Source: Bacteriovoracaceae bacterium
GTDB lineage: Bacteria; Bdellovibrionota; Bacteriovoracia; Bacteriovoracales; Bacteriovoracaceae
Assembly: GCA_048270185.1 (NCBI GenBank)
Contig: JBLWTJ010000001.1
Coordinates: 640,001 to 704,000 of the forward strand
Length of the DNA: 64,000 bases
Direction: 5' to 3'
How positions within the stretch are numbered: position 1 is the stretch's first letter; every line of letters begins with the position of its first letter. This document shows positions 9,580 to 19,828 of this stretch, piece by piece. Below the pieces are notes generated by a model. It ran no database searches. It saw nothing but the letters and a program-made list of their open reading frames with translations, and had not been told where the DNA came from. The position numbers were made by a program, and so were the translations under genes.

Positions 9580-10660
9580 AGAAAGTAGTTTGACCATTTG
9601 AGATGGGTACTGAAATATTGTTATCAATAATTAAATCGGTTTCACTTAGTCCATCTTCAAGACGTCCTTTATAGAAATAAAGGCCATCGCGAATATATTC
9701 AAGCTTAAATTGAAGGCCACGTTTAACACCTACTCCACTAACTGACAGACGCTTTCTTTCGACATCTTCAGACTGATAATAGAGAGCAAAGGTATTAATA
9801 TTTTTGGCCTCTCTGATATCGACTCTTCTTTCTCCAATAAACTCTGTTTCAAAAATACCCAGACTTGAGTTCTTACAATCGTAATTTGAATTCAAGCACT
9901 TCTTTGAAACTAATGTCGTAGCAGGTGTTGCAAGGATATTAAAACGTAGGTGAACACCTTGAATATTATAGTGTTTTGAAATTGGCGTCATACCAACAAT
10001 ATTTGGATTAGAGCTAAATGGAGAAACAGCGAAATCTCCTTCTATATCAGGATTATACCAAGAAGGCGCTAAAACGGCCGATATTGAAATAAAGTTCTTT
10101 TGAGAAATGAAAGAGTGAAAATTTATGTCCGTAAAAAGTTGCCAGGTTTCAATGACTTTCTTAGAGCCAATTTTCATATCACGAAGTTCTTTCTTTCCAA
10201 GGTTTGGTAGAATATATGTGCCTAGACCAACACCGAGGTTTGCAATACGTGCACCATAAAAAGGTGTCGCCATCGTCATAATATTGTTCACACGACTTGC
10301 AAGAAGATCCCCTTTATCAAATAATTTCTTAAGCCAGAAGAAAGTGATCAGGCCACCTTGGGAATGGGCCACAATTGTTATATCCTTCGTTTTCACACCA
10401 TCAAATTTCTGGTGCATGAATTTATCAAACTCTGTAATGAAGTCATTAAGATCAAGTTGATTATTTCCCGTATCATATTCAAAGAAATAAGGACTAAAGC
10501 ACTCTTCAGGATAATTTTTTGTGAGATATTTATCCCATTGTCCAAATGCACCTTTATTACTTGCGATACCATGGATAAAGACCACAGGTCTTACTAGTTC
10601 ACAACGAGCATGAACTAGATTGAAAAATATAAGAGTAAAAAGAAATAAGAATTTCTTCAA
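9569..10660 (-). CDS. Secreted alpha/beta hydrolase (lipase/esterase, PGAP1-like)
   Basis: Signal peptide, PVVFIHG, nucleophile elbow AHSQGG and ATPFYG. Confidence 0.85.
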   Translation of the reverse strand: MKKFLFLFTLIFFNLVHARCELVRPVVFIHGIASNKGAFGQWDKYLTKNYPEECFSPYFFEYDTGNNQLDLNDFITEFDKFMHQKFDGVKTKDITIVAHSQGGLITFFWLKKLFDKGDLLASRVNNIMTMATPFYGARIANLGVGLGTYILPNLGKKELRDMKIGSKKVIETWQLFTDINFHSFISQKNFISISAVLAPSWYNPDIEGDFAVSPFSSNPNIVGMTPISKHYNIQGVHLRFNILATPATTLVSKKCLNSNYDCKNSSLGIFETEFIGERRVDIREAKNINTFALYYQSEDVERKRLSVSGVGVKRGLQFKLEYIRDGLYFYKGRLEDGLSETDLIIDNNISVPISNGQTTFFTR

Positions 10661-10664
10661 CGAT

Positions 10665-11780
10665 TTACTCCATTGCCTCTGGATAAATCTGAATTGCGTG
10701 ATTTAGAGTCGTCTGTGCCCATGCAAACTCTCTGGCAATTAAAGGCGCATTTAAGAAATCTTCTTCACCTTCTTGAGCAAGATCGTAGTCATACTTCGGC
10801 ATTGATTCATTTGGAAAAATTGAATCTCGAACATAGAAGACACCTTTTTTTGCACAACCAACCTCTTCAAACTTAGCTTGAACGGCGTTTCCTTTCTTCA
10901 TAACATTTTCTGCATTCGCTAGATACTTAGCACGCCAAGTATCACTCTTAGTCTTAGCAGCTTTTTCAAGATAGCCATCACGTTTTTCTTTCATACGAGG
11001 AAGAAAACTTGAAGTAAAAGGACAACCGTTTGTATCGGCATGGTCATTATAACCAAAGATATAATTAGCGTGCCAAAAGCCTTTGTGATTATAGATAACT
11101 AGAACTGGTGCATTCCTCTTATGAAGAGCATGCTTAATTATTTCAACGATATTGCTCGGTGCTTTTGCAACGGCCCATTGGTCTTTATCTGCATCGGCGT
11201 ATAAGACTTCTCTTTTAAAGCTTGGAAGCTTATAAACTTTAGCATCACTTGAAATATCTTTCGTTAAATCAATCCAGTTAAAAGAAGTCCCGTAAATACC
11301 GTCTTTATCATCAGCATCTGTTACGACTCTTTTACCATCAACCTTTTTAAAGTGACCTTTTGTAAAATGATAATCATCATTACCAAAGAAGATTGAGCTC
11401 TTATTCAAACGGCGAATATTATCTGTGCGCCAGTTATCGATATTATCTTGGTTCTCTTTACGAGTCTTAAGTGCCATATAGTAGCGTTCTGCAAAATTTA
11501 CTTTGCGATCACCTTCTAAAGAGTTAAGACGGTTGTACCACCACTCTACAACACCAGTGTGAGACATATAGAGGCAAGAGCCTGCATCTTCTTGAGAAGG
11601 CGCTGGAACAACATATTTCATTAGTTCGTTAAACCCACCTAAAGTGACATCACTTTCAGTAATTGAGTTTGGTTTAATAATATCGACATAATCTTTTTCA
11701 ATAGATTGATTTGATTGATTAATATTTGAAACTTCGGCCAGAGATGGCAGAGCAATTAAAAGTAATAAAGTTTTAAGCAT
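10665..11780 (-). CDS. Secreted papain-like (C1) cysteine peptidase candidate
   Basis: Signal peptide, Q-x4-SC (SQEDAGSC), HANYIFGY, and YVRDS in place of the usual VRNS. Confidence 0.65.
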   Translation of the reverse strand: MLKTLLLLIALPSLAEVSNINQSNQSIEKDYVDIIKPNSITESDVTLGGFNELMKYVVPAPSQEDAGSCLYMSHTGVVEWWYNRLNSLEGDRKVNFAERYYMALKTRKENQDNIDNWRTDNIRRLNKSSIFFGNDDYHFTKGHFKKVDGKRVVTDADDKDGIYGTSFNWIDLTKDISSDAKVYKLPSFKREVLYADADKDQWAVAKAPSNIVEIIKHALHKRNAPVLVIYNHKGFWHANYIFGYNDHADTNGCPFTSSFLPRMKEKRDGYLEKAAKTKSDTWRAKYLANAENVMKKGNAVQAKFEEVGCAKKGVFYVRDSIFPNESMPKYDYDLAQEGEEDFLNAPLIAREFAWAQTTLNHAIQIYPEAME

Positions 11781-11868
11781 TTTTCCTCTTTTTCAATTTT
11801 GGTATTCTTGTGTGTTGAGGTGAAAATGCTAGCAAAGATATAACGTATTCACAAAAAATACATCGATT

Positions 11869-11886
11869 TGCGGCGCTAGCGCCGCA
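11869..11886. terminator. Perfect 18-bp GC-rich palindrome, probably a terminator hairpin or operator
   Basis: TGCGGCGCTAGCGCCGCA lies 14 bp downstream of the small ORF stop at 11901. Confidence 0.5.
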
Positions 11887-11900
11887 CAAAACCTTTGAAA

Positions 11901-12041
11901 TTACGAAAGGTAAATAACTAGGCCTGCCCCAATAATCGTTATAGTAACTAAAATCCATGTATTAAGGCCTGAACTCTTCTGCTTAACTGCTGAATTAGTC
12001 ACATATTTCTTGTCACGCTTCTTATGCTTTGATTTTGCCAT
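11901..12041 (-). CDS. Small (46-aa) basic protein with a single C-terminal membrane segment
   Basis: MAKSKHKKRDKK...WILVTITIIGAGLVIYLS, with a GGAG RBS before ATG 12041. Confidence 0.6.
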   Translation of the reverse strand: MAKSKHKKRDKKYVTNSAVKQKSSGLNTWILVTITIIGAGLVIYLS

Positions 12042-12199
12042 TTTTACTCCAAATAAATTATTGTTATCTCTATTGTAATCAAAAGAAATTAGCTTTGAAT
12101 AGACCAAGCGTTTCAATCGACTTTAGACGATCAAAAAGTATTTTCTACCACTTCATAGACCGTGTTAAATCCCTAAAATAACTATGATATTATAGACTT

Positions 12200-12670
12200 A
12201 TGACGGGAAGAAAACTACTTGATCAACTTATTATAGCATTAACACTACTGGCCACTTTGGCAACAGTTGGTGTCTTCGTCTATACCAATGTGATTTATCA
12301 AAAAGAACTTCCAGATGGGGCCAAAGAAATGCAGGCCTTAAAAGACGACTTTACTCAAATCAACTTTCCACACACCTATATTCTAGACAAGATTACAGTG
12401 AACCTAGATTCTGCCACACGCAGACTGCGCTTCCTCGATGTAGAAGTTCACCTAGTGCTCTTTCTACAAGAAGATTCAGAAATTCTTGATACGATTAAAC
12501 CGAAAGTCTATGACATCATCATTGACGTTGCTGCCGCAATCTCTCCAGATGAACTTAATTCCCTATCAGGAAAATTGATTTTTGAAAGTCGAATCAAAAA
12601 GCGTATTAATGACCTAGCAAAGAAGCGCGTGATTAAGGAAGTTTTCTTTTCTAAATTCGTTGTTCAATAA
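12200..12670 (+). CDS. fliL: Flagellar basal body-associated FliL family protein
   Basis: N-terminal TM segment, ITVNL, RFL-V, PKVYD and C-terminal VFFSKFVVQ. Confidence 0.88.
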   Translation: MTGRKLLDQLIIALTLLATLATVGVFVYTNVIYQKELPDGAKEMQALKDDFTQINFPHTYILDKITVNLDSATRRLRFLDVEVHLVLFLQEDSEILDTIKPKVYDIIIDVAAAISPDELNSLSGKLIFESRIKKRINDLAKKRVIKEVFFSKFVVQ

Positions 12671-12678
12671 ATCCGAAA

Positions 12679-12708
12679 TAAAGGCCCGGCACACTGGCCA
12701 GGCCTTTA
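12679..12708. terminator. Bidirectional terminator between convergent fliL and the adhesin gene
   Basis: TAAAGGCC...GGCCTTTA inverted repeat. Confidence 0.6.
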
Positions 12709-12714
12709 GTTTAA

Positions 12715-15700
12715 TTATTTACAAATCTTATCAAGTTCATCTAATTCAATATAGAGTAGACCATCTGTTGAACATGGCCCAACTTCACGATCAAATCTCA
12801 TTGCCTCAGTTACCTCAATTGTGTTTAAAGGTCCATCATTTGGGTCAAGATAATACTCGTTTAGAGCAAGTGAACTTACCTGTCCGTTTGAAATTGCGAA
12901 TGTATCAGTAAAGTCATAAACATACTGACCAGCAGTTTGTACTGGATGCATAAGTTGTGCTTGATCAAGAACTAGAAGTCCAGTTGTTGCATCATAATTT
13001 CTTGTAACCTTTTGGAAGAATGATGCCCCATTACCATTAGAGACCTCTAAGTCCATAACATAATTACGAGTACTAGAGTACGCTAAATTAGCATCTGCAT
13101 ATGGAACGTAAATTGTCGTACGACCGACATGAGCATGATCACCGTTGGCATCAGGAGCTGACGCATAGAGCGCCTGGTTAATATATAGCATTCCTGAATC
13201 AAAACTATCATCATCCAAACTTGAACAAGACGCAATATCTTTAACGTAGAATGAGTTGATACAAATTCCTGTTGTTGCATTATAGTAATCGACTGAACCA
13301 CAATTACCTGTAACATCATTAGTTGTATACTGATAACCACTATTAACATCTTCAAGTGTACTTCCACTAATATACTTTAATTCAACCCAACTTGTACGAG
13401 CATCATTCGCTAATAGTTGTGAGTACTCTGAGCCATCATACTTATAGAAGACTTGTGAACCATCACAGAATGCACTTGTAAATGTCTCAACAGAGGCCAT
13501 CTTGCTATAATTAAATGAAGCAAGACGATTACTTCCATCATAAGTAAAGGCAAGCTTAGTTGAAGCACTTGCTGAAGTCGCACGATCTTTATGAGCAACA
13601 TCCGAACCTTGATCACTAGCACCAACCATCATAAAGCTTACATCTTCAATATGTCCTGATGCATTGTAGTTCATGACGAAGAAGTCATTGTAATACTGAT
13701 CGAAAAAAGTTCCAGTAGGAAATGCTGCAACTGTCGCATCTAAGTTTTCAAGGTCAAGTGTAACATTAATATTTCTCTCTTCAATAGTCGCAACACGCAT
13801 ACCCGTTGAAGCACTTGGACAAAGAACGGCTTTTCTTAGGTAAGTCGCAAATTCTGAGTCATCAATTTCATCGACGATATTTGCATCAATCACATTACAA
13901 ACTCCACTCTCCCAAGTGAAATTATAGTACTTATTATAAGTTGCTAATGTATCAAAACTAAGAACACTATTGAAGTAAGAGATATAATCATCGTTTGAAA
14001 CATCGTTTGTTTTTATATAACTAATCAGCCCTAAAAGATCTGCTTGACTAGGATGTGAGTCGTAGTTAACACCAGAACTAATTACTTTATCTAATTCACC
14101 AAATTCATTCTTATATAAGTGAACAAGAGTTGTGCGTCCATACCATGCTGAGTACTTAGTAACACGATCTAGTAATCCAGCATCATTATAACTCATGAAG
14201 AATATTTCTTCTTGATCATCAACGAATACTCGTGGTTGACCTTTTTCATTATAACGAACAGTACTGATTAGCTCGTTAGATCCATTGTCAAGAACAAAAT
14301 CAAGTAGACGTGACTTTTCAGCGGCCTTAATGGCAATTGCGAGATCAGTTGCAATAATCGAATCATCAGAGAGTTTGGCCGAGATTGCTAGGTCTGCGAT
14401 ACGATCAACTTTGAAAGAGAAGGCACCATAGACTTGGTCACTATTAAGCTTACCTGTCATTGAAAGATCACCTGCTCCAGAAATATCACTTGCTTCAAGA
14501 AGATTTGAGCCAACGATATCACCTGCATTTAAGGAAACTGTGATTTCATCATTTGTCGTTATAGGATTCTGGTCACTATCGACAAGTTGTAGGATGGCGT
14601 GAAAAGTATTTCCCTTTTCAACAGAAAGATCTCCATTATTCTCATCGTAATCGACATCAATTGAAGGATGGACTAATAGGCTCGCAGGAACACCAGCTGT
14701 AACTGTAAAGTCTAGCTCAGAGCTCACACTTGCATCTGACGAGTCAGCAACATTAATCTTTGATGGCACTGCTCTCATAAGATTAATTCCACTAACAACA
14801 ACTTGTGATTGACCATCAAGAATGACTTGAGATTCAATTCCATTAAAGTCAAAGGCTCCAGCAACGAAGTCAGGAACTGAAGCAGGTCCACCAATTTGGA
14901 AGTCATAGCTATCACCTGTAATTTCAACCTTATTTGGAAGATCATTTACATAAGGAGTAACTGCTTCACTTAGAGTAATAGTACTATCACCACTTGTGAT
15001 TGGGTTACCATACATATCCTGTCTTACAATAGTAAGCTCAAGTGTATCATCGGCCGAAAGAGTTGCAGCTGATGGTGTAATTTCAAATTGAGCAATTGCA
15101 GCAAGGGCCACAACAGGAATTGAATTTGTATGAAGAGCACCAGCTTCTTCACCTTTATAGAATGCATAATCTAGTGTTCCAGCATCAAGACCACGAACAA
15201 CGATTTCACCACCACTTGCACTTGGTAGACGACCTCTTAAAACACCACTTTCGATTGTTGCATCAAGAAGATTGTGGCTTACGATTTCATTGCGCCCACC
15301 ACTTGTAAACTCAAAACGTAGAACGTCTTGGTCATTATGACCTGTTGGGTTTGTGAAGCTGTCGGCTGCTGAAACAGAAATTGTAATTTCTTCACCAGCA
15401 TCTGCTTGAATATCAGGGCTTGCAAAAGAGTCTATAGATGCGATAGCACCAGAAGTAATCACAATCGATTCAGATGCATTAACTGCCGTACTATCAGAAT
15501 CAGATTTTACCGTTGCAAAATCGATTGTGAAAGTTCCCATGGCCGTTGGTGAGATATCAAAAGACCCTATACCATTTGCATAAGTAACAGTTGGATTCGA
15601 AGTTGCTCCACCTTCTTCAGTAAGAGTTACCACAACACTTTCATTGTGATCAGTTACTGTTGAACCATTAATATCGGCAACTAGGAAATTAATCGTCTGA

Positions 15701-18498
15701 GACTCTCCTGCTCCAAGTTGATCTGGTAAGTTTGAGATAGCAACTTGAGAAGCTGTCCCAAATACTTCAACGTTAACAGTATGGGACTCACTTGTAAGTG
15801 ATCCATCAGAAACTGTATAAGAGAAAGTATCTTGGCCCACGAAGCTTGCGGCCGGCGTATATGTACAATCAGCACCAGTACAAGAAACTGTACCATTTGC
15901 ACCATTACTTGCACTAAAAGTTAGTGCATCACCTTCAACATCACTACCTGTTAAAGTAAATGAAGCTGAAGCTGTATTTTCTTTTGTATTAATAATTGAT
16001 GCAAAATTTGCAACCGGTGCATCATTGATTGGATTAACAGTGATTGTGACAACTTTTTCAATCGAATCACCACTACCATCATTGACAGTATATCCAAATG
16101 AATCGCTTCCATTAAAATCTTGCCCAGGCGTATATGAACAAATTGCACCTGAGCAAGTAATTGCACCACTTGCTGGGTCTGAACTAATAATATAAGAAAG
16201 AGCATCACCATCAACATCACTACCACTTAAAGTAAGAGGAAGTGAATTATCTTCATCAACACTTTGGTCAGCTAAAGTACCAACAGGTAAATCATTTAAA
16301 GCTGAAATCGAAATATTAATTTGAGACTGAGAAACTTGCCCATCATTATCTGTTACACTAACTATAAAAGAATCACTTCCATTTGCATTTGCATTTGGCG
16401 TGTAAGTGAAGTTATTACCAGTGAAAGAAACAGTCCCTTTTAAACCTTGACTAACAACTGAATAAATTAAACTTGCTTCTAAAGTATCGTAGTCATCAGA
16501 AATGAGCATACCAGTAATATCGCTATCCTCACTTCCACTATGATTTAAGAAATTAGTTGAGATATGTGGAATATTTGAACCTAGACACTCAAATAATACC
16601 GATCTTTCTTCGCCATTTCCTGAATCCATATTAAGCTCATAAGTTCTTCTAAGAACTTCATGTAAACCAGAGAGAGGATCAACAATATTATCCGTAAAAG
16701 ATAGGGCATCATCTGCTAAAGGATTAGCAGCTCCTGAATACGAGCCTGCCTCATAGAATCCGGCAGAACCGTTATCCGACTCTCTATCAGTTGAGAGACT
16801 AATTGAAGCATCGATAAATTTATAACCTGAAGGAATTGACCAACCAACAGTTGAACTACCAATAGAAGCACATAACTCCGCTTCTGAGTTTGAAAAACTT
16901 GGGTAAGCTTTTGCAGACATGGCCGAAGGCCTTGGCACCATCATCTTGTAAGTATGTCCACTTTGCGTGATCTTATAAATTAATTTCTCAGGTAGCATTG
17001 TTACATCATTTGGAAGATCAAATTTTGAACTCTCAGATGAACCAGAGGCGATTGAAACTGGTGAGGCAGGATCAATCCCCGGTCCAACAATACTAATATC
17101 TGCAGCAGCGCTACTGTCAACTTCTAGGTTACCTTGAATAATCTTAGTTGATGTCGAAGCTGTCGAAAGTTTTAAATCTTTTGAAATAATATTACGGTGT
17201 CTGACAAATAAAGACAGATCACTAATATCTGATTGGTTACCATCAATTGGATAGACATTAATATCGGCCGTTGCTGCATCGGCATCGTAGTCAACCGCTT
17301 GAACTGCATCAAAAGTCGTCCAGAAACTTAGCTCTTCACTACCTCCTACTTTCTTTACAAGTCGTAGTGTAATAAAGGCTTCAGGAGTTTCACCGTCACC
17401 TAATCCTGATAGTGTAAAGTTCGCTACTTGAACAGCTGAAAGATCAGTCGTATTAGCGATTTTATTTTTAAACCCAGTTAAATCAAGGCCATCATTTTTA
17501 AAGGCAGCATCATTAGATGATTCTGTATCAAAGAGTAGGTCATATTGCGCACTTGGAGAACCGCTCCATGCAAGGCGATTGATTGTCGCTTCAATATCAT
17601 CACGCTTATTACTTGTCGAATTAACCAGAGTCTCAAGTGAAGATTGCGCACTATTTGCAGCGGCAACTTTTGCATCATACTCAGTATCAGCTTCATCCAG
17701 AGAATCTGTGTCTAATGGAATTGCTTGAACGTCATTTTCAAGATCTGTTGGATCACCAGCATCGAGAACAAATAGCTCAGTTGATTGAGCGCCAGCATTT
17801 GTTGGATCTTTAAATTCTTGAACCTTCGCTTGAATTGTTGGATCTTTTGGTGAAACTGTAATCTCACCATTAGTACTTCCACTGTGATTCATCGTAATAC
17901 TTAGATTATCTAAAACAGCATCTAGACCTCTATTATTGGCAACGAATGACTGATTCATAATATCAACAGAATCAGTGGCCATAACGGCCTTAATAATTGG
18001 CTTAATGGCCTTTCTAACTAATTCCTTATTTGTATTAAGCTTTGCTTTTGTAATAAGTGAATCAACATTGGCCATGGCATAATTATCAAAGATATCACTT
18101 GGGTCTGTATCACCCACCGTGTTGGCCATAACTAAGTGAGTAAGTGGCGTAATATTTACAGTTCCACCAATATCTTCACTTGTGGCAGCTGAAGTAAATT
18201 GAACAGAAGGGTTTTCAATTGAAGTTACTTTAATAATATAAGGCCCTTTCTTATTAGTGACATTGAAAGTGTACTTACCATTTGAATCAGTATAAGTTTC
18301 TCCAAGCTGAACATTATCGTCAGCATCACGATACTTAACCTGTACTCTCCCAAGAATCGGTTTACCTGTTGCTGCTACACCTGAAATATATGACTGACTT
18401 CCGCCTGCTGCACTTCCAGCACTACCTGAACCACCGCCAGAGCAAGAAGCTAGTAGTCCCATTAATATAAAAAATGTATATCCCTTTTGAAATTTCAC
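12715..18498 (-). CDS. Giant surface lipoprotein/adhesin with cadherin-like (Big_9/tandem-95) Ig repeats, invasin-like Ig domains and YD-like repeats
   Basis: Lipobox LASC, ND[LA]PV and D-[DE]GDAL repeats, DxxGNP motifs and several Y[ND]xxG motifs. GTG start at 18498 after RBS GAGGAGG. Confidence 0.85.
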   Translation of the reverse strand: MKFQKGYTFFILMGLLASCSGGGSGSAGSAAGGSQSYISGVAATGKPILGRVQVKYRDADDNVQLGETYTDSNGKYTFNVTNKKGPYIIKVTSIENPSVQFTSAATSEDIGGTVNITPLTHLVMANTVGDTDPSDIFDNYAMANVDSLITKAKLNTNKELVRKAIKPIIKAVMATDSVDIMNQSFVANNRGLDAVLDNLSITMNHSGSTNGEITVSPKDPTIQAKVQEFKDPTNAGAQSTELFVLDAGDPTDLENDVQAIPLDTDSLDEADTEYDAKVAAANSAQSSLETLVNSTSNKRDDIEATINRLAWSGSPSAQYDLLFDTESSNDAAFKNDGLDLTGFKNKIANTTDLSAVQVANFTLSGLGDGETPEAFITLRLVKKVGGSEELSFWTTFDAVQAVDYDADAATADINVYPIDGNQSDISDLSLFVRHRNIISKDLKLSTASTSTKIIQGNLEVDSSAAADISIVGPGIDPASPVSIASGSSESSKFDLPNDVTMLPEKLIYKITQSGHTYKMMVPRPSAMSAKAYPSFSNSEAELCASIGSSTVGWSIPSGYKFIDASISLSTDRESDNGSAGFYEAGSYSGAANPLADDALSFTDNIVDPLSGLHEVLRRTYELNMDSGNGEERSVLFECLGSNIPHISTNFLNHSGSEDSDITGMLISDDYDTLEASLIYSVVSQGLKGTVSFTGNNFTYTPNANANGSDSFIVSVTDNDGQVSQSQINISISALNDLPVGTLADQSVDEDNSLPLTLSGSDVDGDALSYIISSDPASGAITCSGAICSYTPGQDFNGSDSFGYTVNDGSGDSIEKVVTITVNPINDAPVANFASIINTKENTASASFTLTGSDVEGDALTFSASNGANGTVSCTGADCTYTPAASFVGQDTFSYTVSDGSLTSESHTVNVEVFGTASQVAISNLPDQLGAGESQTINFLVADINGSTVTDHNESVVVTLTEEGGATSNPTVTYANGIGSFDISPTAMGTFTIDFATVKSDSDSTAVNASESIVITSGAIASIDSFASPDIQADAGEEITISVSAADSFTNPTGHNDQDVLRFEFTSGGRNEIVSHNLLDATIESGVLRGRLPSASGGEIVVRGLDAGTLDYAFYKGEEAGALHTNSIPVVALAAIAQFEITPSAATLSADDTLELTIVRQDMYGNPITSGDSTITLSEAVTPYVNDLPNKVEITGDSYDFQIGGPASVPDFVAGAFDFNGIESQVILDGQSQVVVSGINLMRAVPSKINVADSSDASVSSELDFTVTAGVPASLLVHPSIDVDYDENNGDLSVEKGNTFHAILQLVDSDQNPITTNDEITVSLNAGDIVGSNLLEASDISGAGDLSMTGKLNSDQVYGAFSFKVDRIADLAISAKLSDDSIIATDLAIAIKAAEKSRLLDFVLDNGSNELISTVRYNEKGQPRVFVDDQEEIFFMSYNDAGLLDRVTKYSAWYGRTTLVHLYKNEFGELDKVISSGVNYDSHPSQADLLGLISYIKTNDVSNDDYISYFNSVLSFDTLATYNKYYNFTWESGVCNVIDANIVDEIDDSEFATYLRKAVLCPSASTGMRVATIEERNINVTLDLENLDATVAAFPTGTFFDQYYNDFFVMNYNASGHIEDVSFMMVGASDQGSDVAHKDRATSASASTKLAFTYDGSNRLASFNYSKMASVETFTSAFCDGSQVFYKYDGSEYSQLLANDARTSWVELKYISGSTLEDVNSGYQYTTNDVTGNCGSVDYYNATTGICINSFYVKDIASCSSLDDDSFDSGMLYINQALYASAPDANGDHAHVGRTTIYVPYADANLAYSSTRNYVMDLEVSNGNGASFFQKVTRNYDATTGLLVLDQAQLMHPVQTAGQYVYDFTDTFAISNGQVSSLALNEYYLDPNDGPLNTIEVTEAMRFDREVGPCSTDGLLYIELDELDKICK

Positions 18499-18538
18499 TA
18501 ACCCTCCTCGACAAGTTAACAAAAATAAGTTTAGTGCT

Positions 18539-18565
18539 TAATCGGATATATAATTTGGTCCTTAA
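18539..18565 (-). promoter_or_regulatory. Putative sigma28 (FliA) promoter
   Basis: TTAAG-N14-TCCGATTA upstream of the adhesin, compared with the consensus TAAA-N15-GCCGATAA. Confidence 0.5.
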
Positions 18566-18709
18566 GCCCGTCAGAGGCCATTGGTAACAATCAATCTAAT
18601 AATTTCAGCAAGTTAGGTAAGTTAAGGTAATAAGAATTACCAATAAACTTTCTTAAGCTTAACCAAGAATTATTTCAAAATTTTAAGAAATGGCAATTTT
18701 GCGTGCTAG

Positions 18710-18994
18710 TTACATATTAATAAACATCCGGCGTAGCTTATTGCCGTTACTAAAGCGATGGTCTTTTGCATGACTCCCCTTTAATCGAAAATGATGTCTT
18801 TGCTTAAATTTCTCACGATGCTTTCTCTTGCCCTTATGATACTTCCGCTGCACACGTTTTTGAGAGCGCTTCTTATCACTAAAGTCATAACTAGTTTCAT
18901 CATCAGTAAACATCACCTGAAGACGTCTTCGACTTAGGTCAAATAATGGCAGACAAAAGCCTATATAGAATAGGGCCAGTAAGTATTTCATCAA
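18710..18994 (-). CDS. Hypothetical highly basic small protein
   Basis: Hydrophobic N-terminus, Arg/Lys/His-rich C-terminal half and RBS AGAGGT. Confidence 0.5.
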   Translation of the reverse strand: MMKYLLALFYIGFCLPLFDLSRRRLQVMFTDDETSYDFSDKKRSQKRVQRKYHKGKRKHREKFKQRHHFRLKGSHAKDHRFSNGNKLRRMFINM

Positions 18995-19163
18995 TACCTC
19001 TCTTCTTAGAAGTTAAATGTCATTTGGATTTTTTAATTAAGAATTGAAGTATTCATATCATTCACCTCGAATGTTGATTTGATTGGTCGTTTTGAAATTG
19101 AATTTTAGGTGAAGTTATTTATTCATGATGGATAGATTATAACATATGAAAGCGTGTTCATGT

Positions 19164-19194
19164 AAAAAGAAAAGGCCCGCGAGGGAGCGGGCCT
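19164..19194 (-). terminator. Rho-independent terminator of the Kazal gene
   Basis: AGGCCCGC/GCGGGCCT stem with a U-tract on the minus strand. Confidence 0.75.
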
Positions 19195-19240
19195 AAAATC
19201 AACAACAACACATGGAAATTTAAAAAAGGGAATTTTTAAA

Positions 19241-19663
19241 TTACTCGCAAAGACCTTCGTGTGCGAACACGGCCTTAGCTCTATATAATTCACAAGAATT
19301 TGAATAATTAATAGCAAACTCTCCATCAATACCACTTACAACACCACAGACAGGTGCAAAGATTTCTGGACAAGCTTGTACTTCAGCTGTTTCATCGACC
19401 CAATTTTGGCAATCAAGGATAGCTTCTAATTTATACTTACCAAGACCAGCTTGCTTAACAGCGTATTTACCGTTTTCACAACTTTGAGTTTCAAAGTATT
19501 CGTTGATTAAAGAGATCTCTTCGTTTTGCTCAGTGATAATCACTTTGAAGATTCTACCTTTAAAAGTTTGTGAGTCTACTAAGTTACCATTTAGAATAAT
19601 TTCTTTAGCACTTACGTTTAATGTTAATACCGCTAAAAAAATGATTGATACTAATTTACTCAT
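19241..19663 (-). CDS. Secreted protein with a C-terminal Kazal-type protease inhibitor domain
   Basis: Signal peptide and CPEIFAPVCG...YSNSC...HEGLC Kazal pattern. Confidence 0.8.
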   Translation of the reverse strand: MSKLVSIIFLAVLTLNVSAKEIILNGNLVDSQTFKGRIFKVIITEQNEEISLINEYFETQSCENGKYAVKQAGLGKYKLEAILDCQNWVDETAEVQACPEIFAPVCGVVSGIDGEFAINYSNSCELYRAKAVFAHEGLCE

Positions 19664-19775
19664 GGTTTTCTCCCGTACGTCCCTAAAATATTTAATCGAA
19701 CGAAGTCTTATCTTGTGAAAAGAGTTATAGACCAGAATATAAATTAGTAAAAATTATATATTTTAATGATTATCC

Positions 19776-19790
19776 ATAATATTCTGTTAT
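19776..19790. promoter_or_regulatory. LysR-type binding box (T-N11-A)
   Basis: ATAA-N7-TTAT dyad in the divergent Kazal/LysR intergenic region. Confidence 0.45.
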
Positions 19791-19828
19791 ACTAAAACAG
19801 CTAAAAACAAGGATAAATAGCTGAAATT

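Noticed and set aside
12715..14300. RHS polymorphic toxin
   Set aside because: Only scattered YD-like motifs are present, with no DPxG cleavage motif, toxin tip or downstream immunity gene.
18691..18707. Sigma54 promoter (TGGCAATTTTGC)
   Set aside because: The GG-GC spacing is 7 rather than 10 nt, and no gene lies downstream on that strand.
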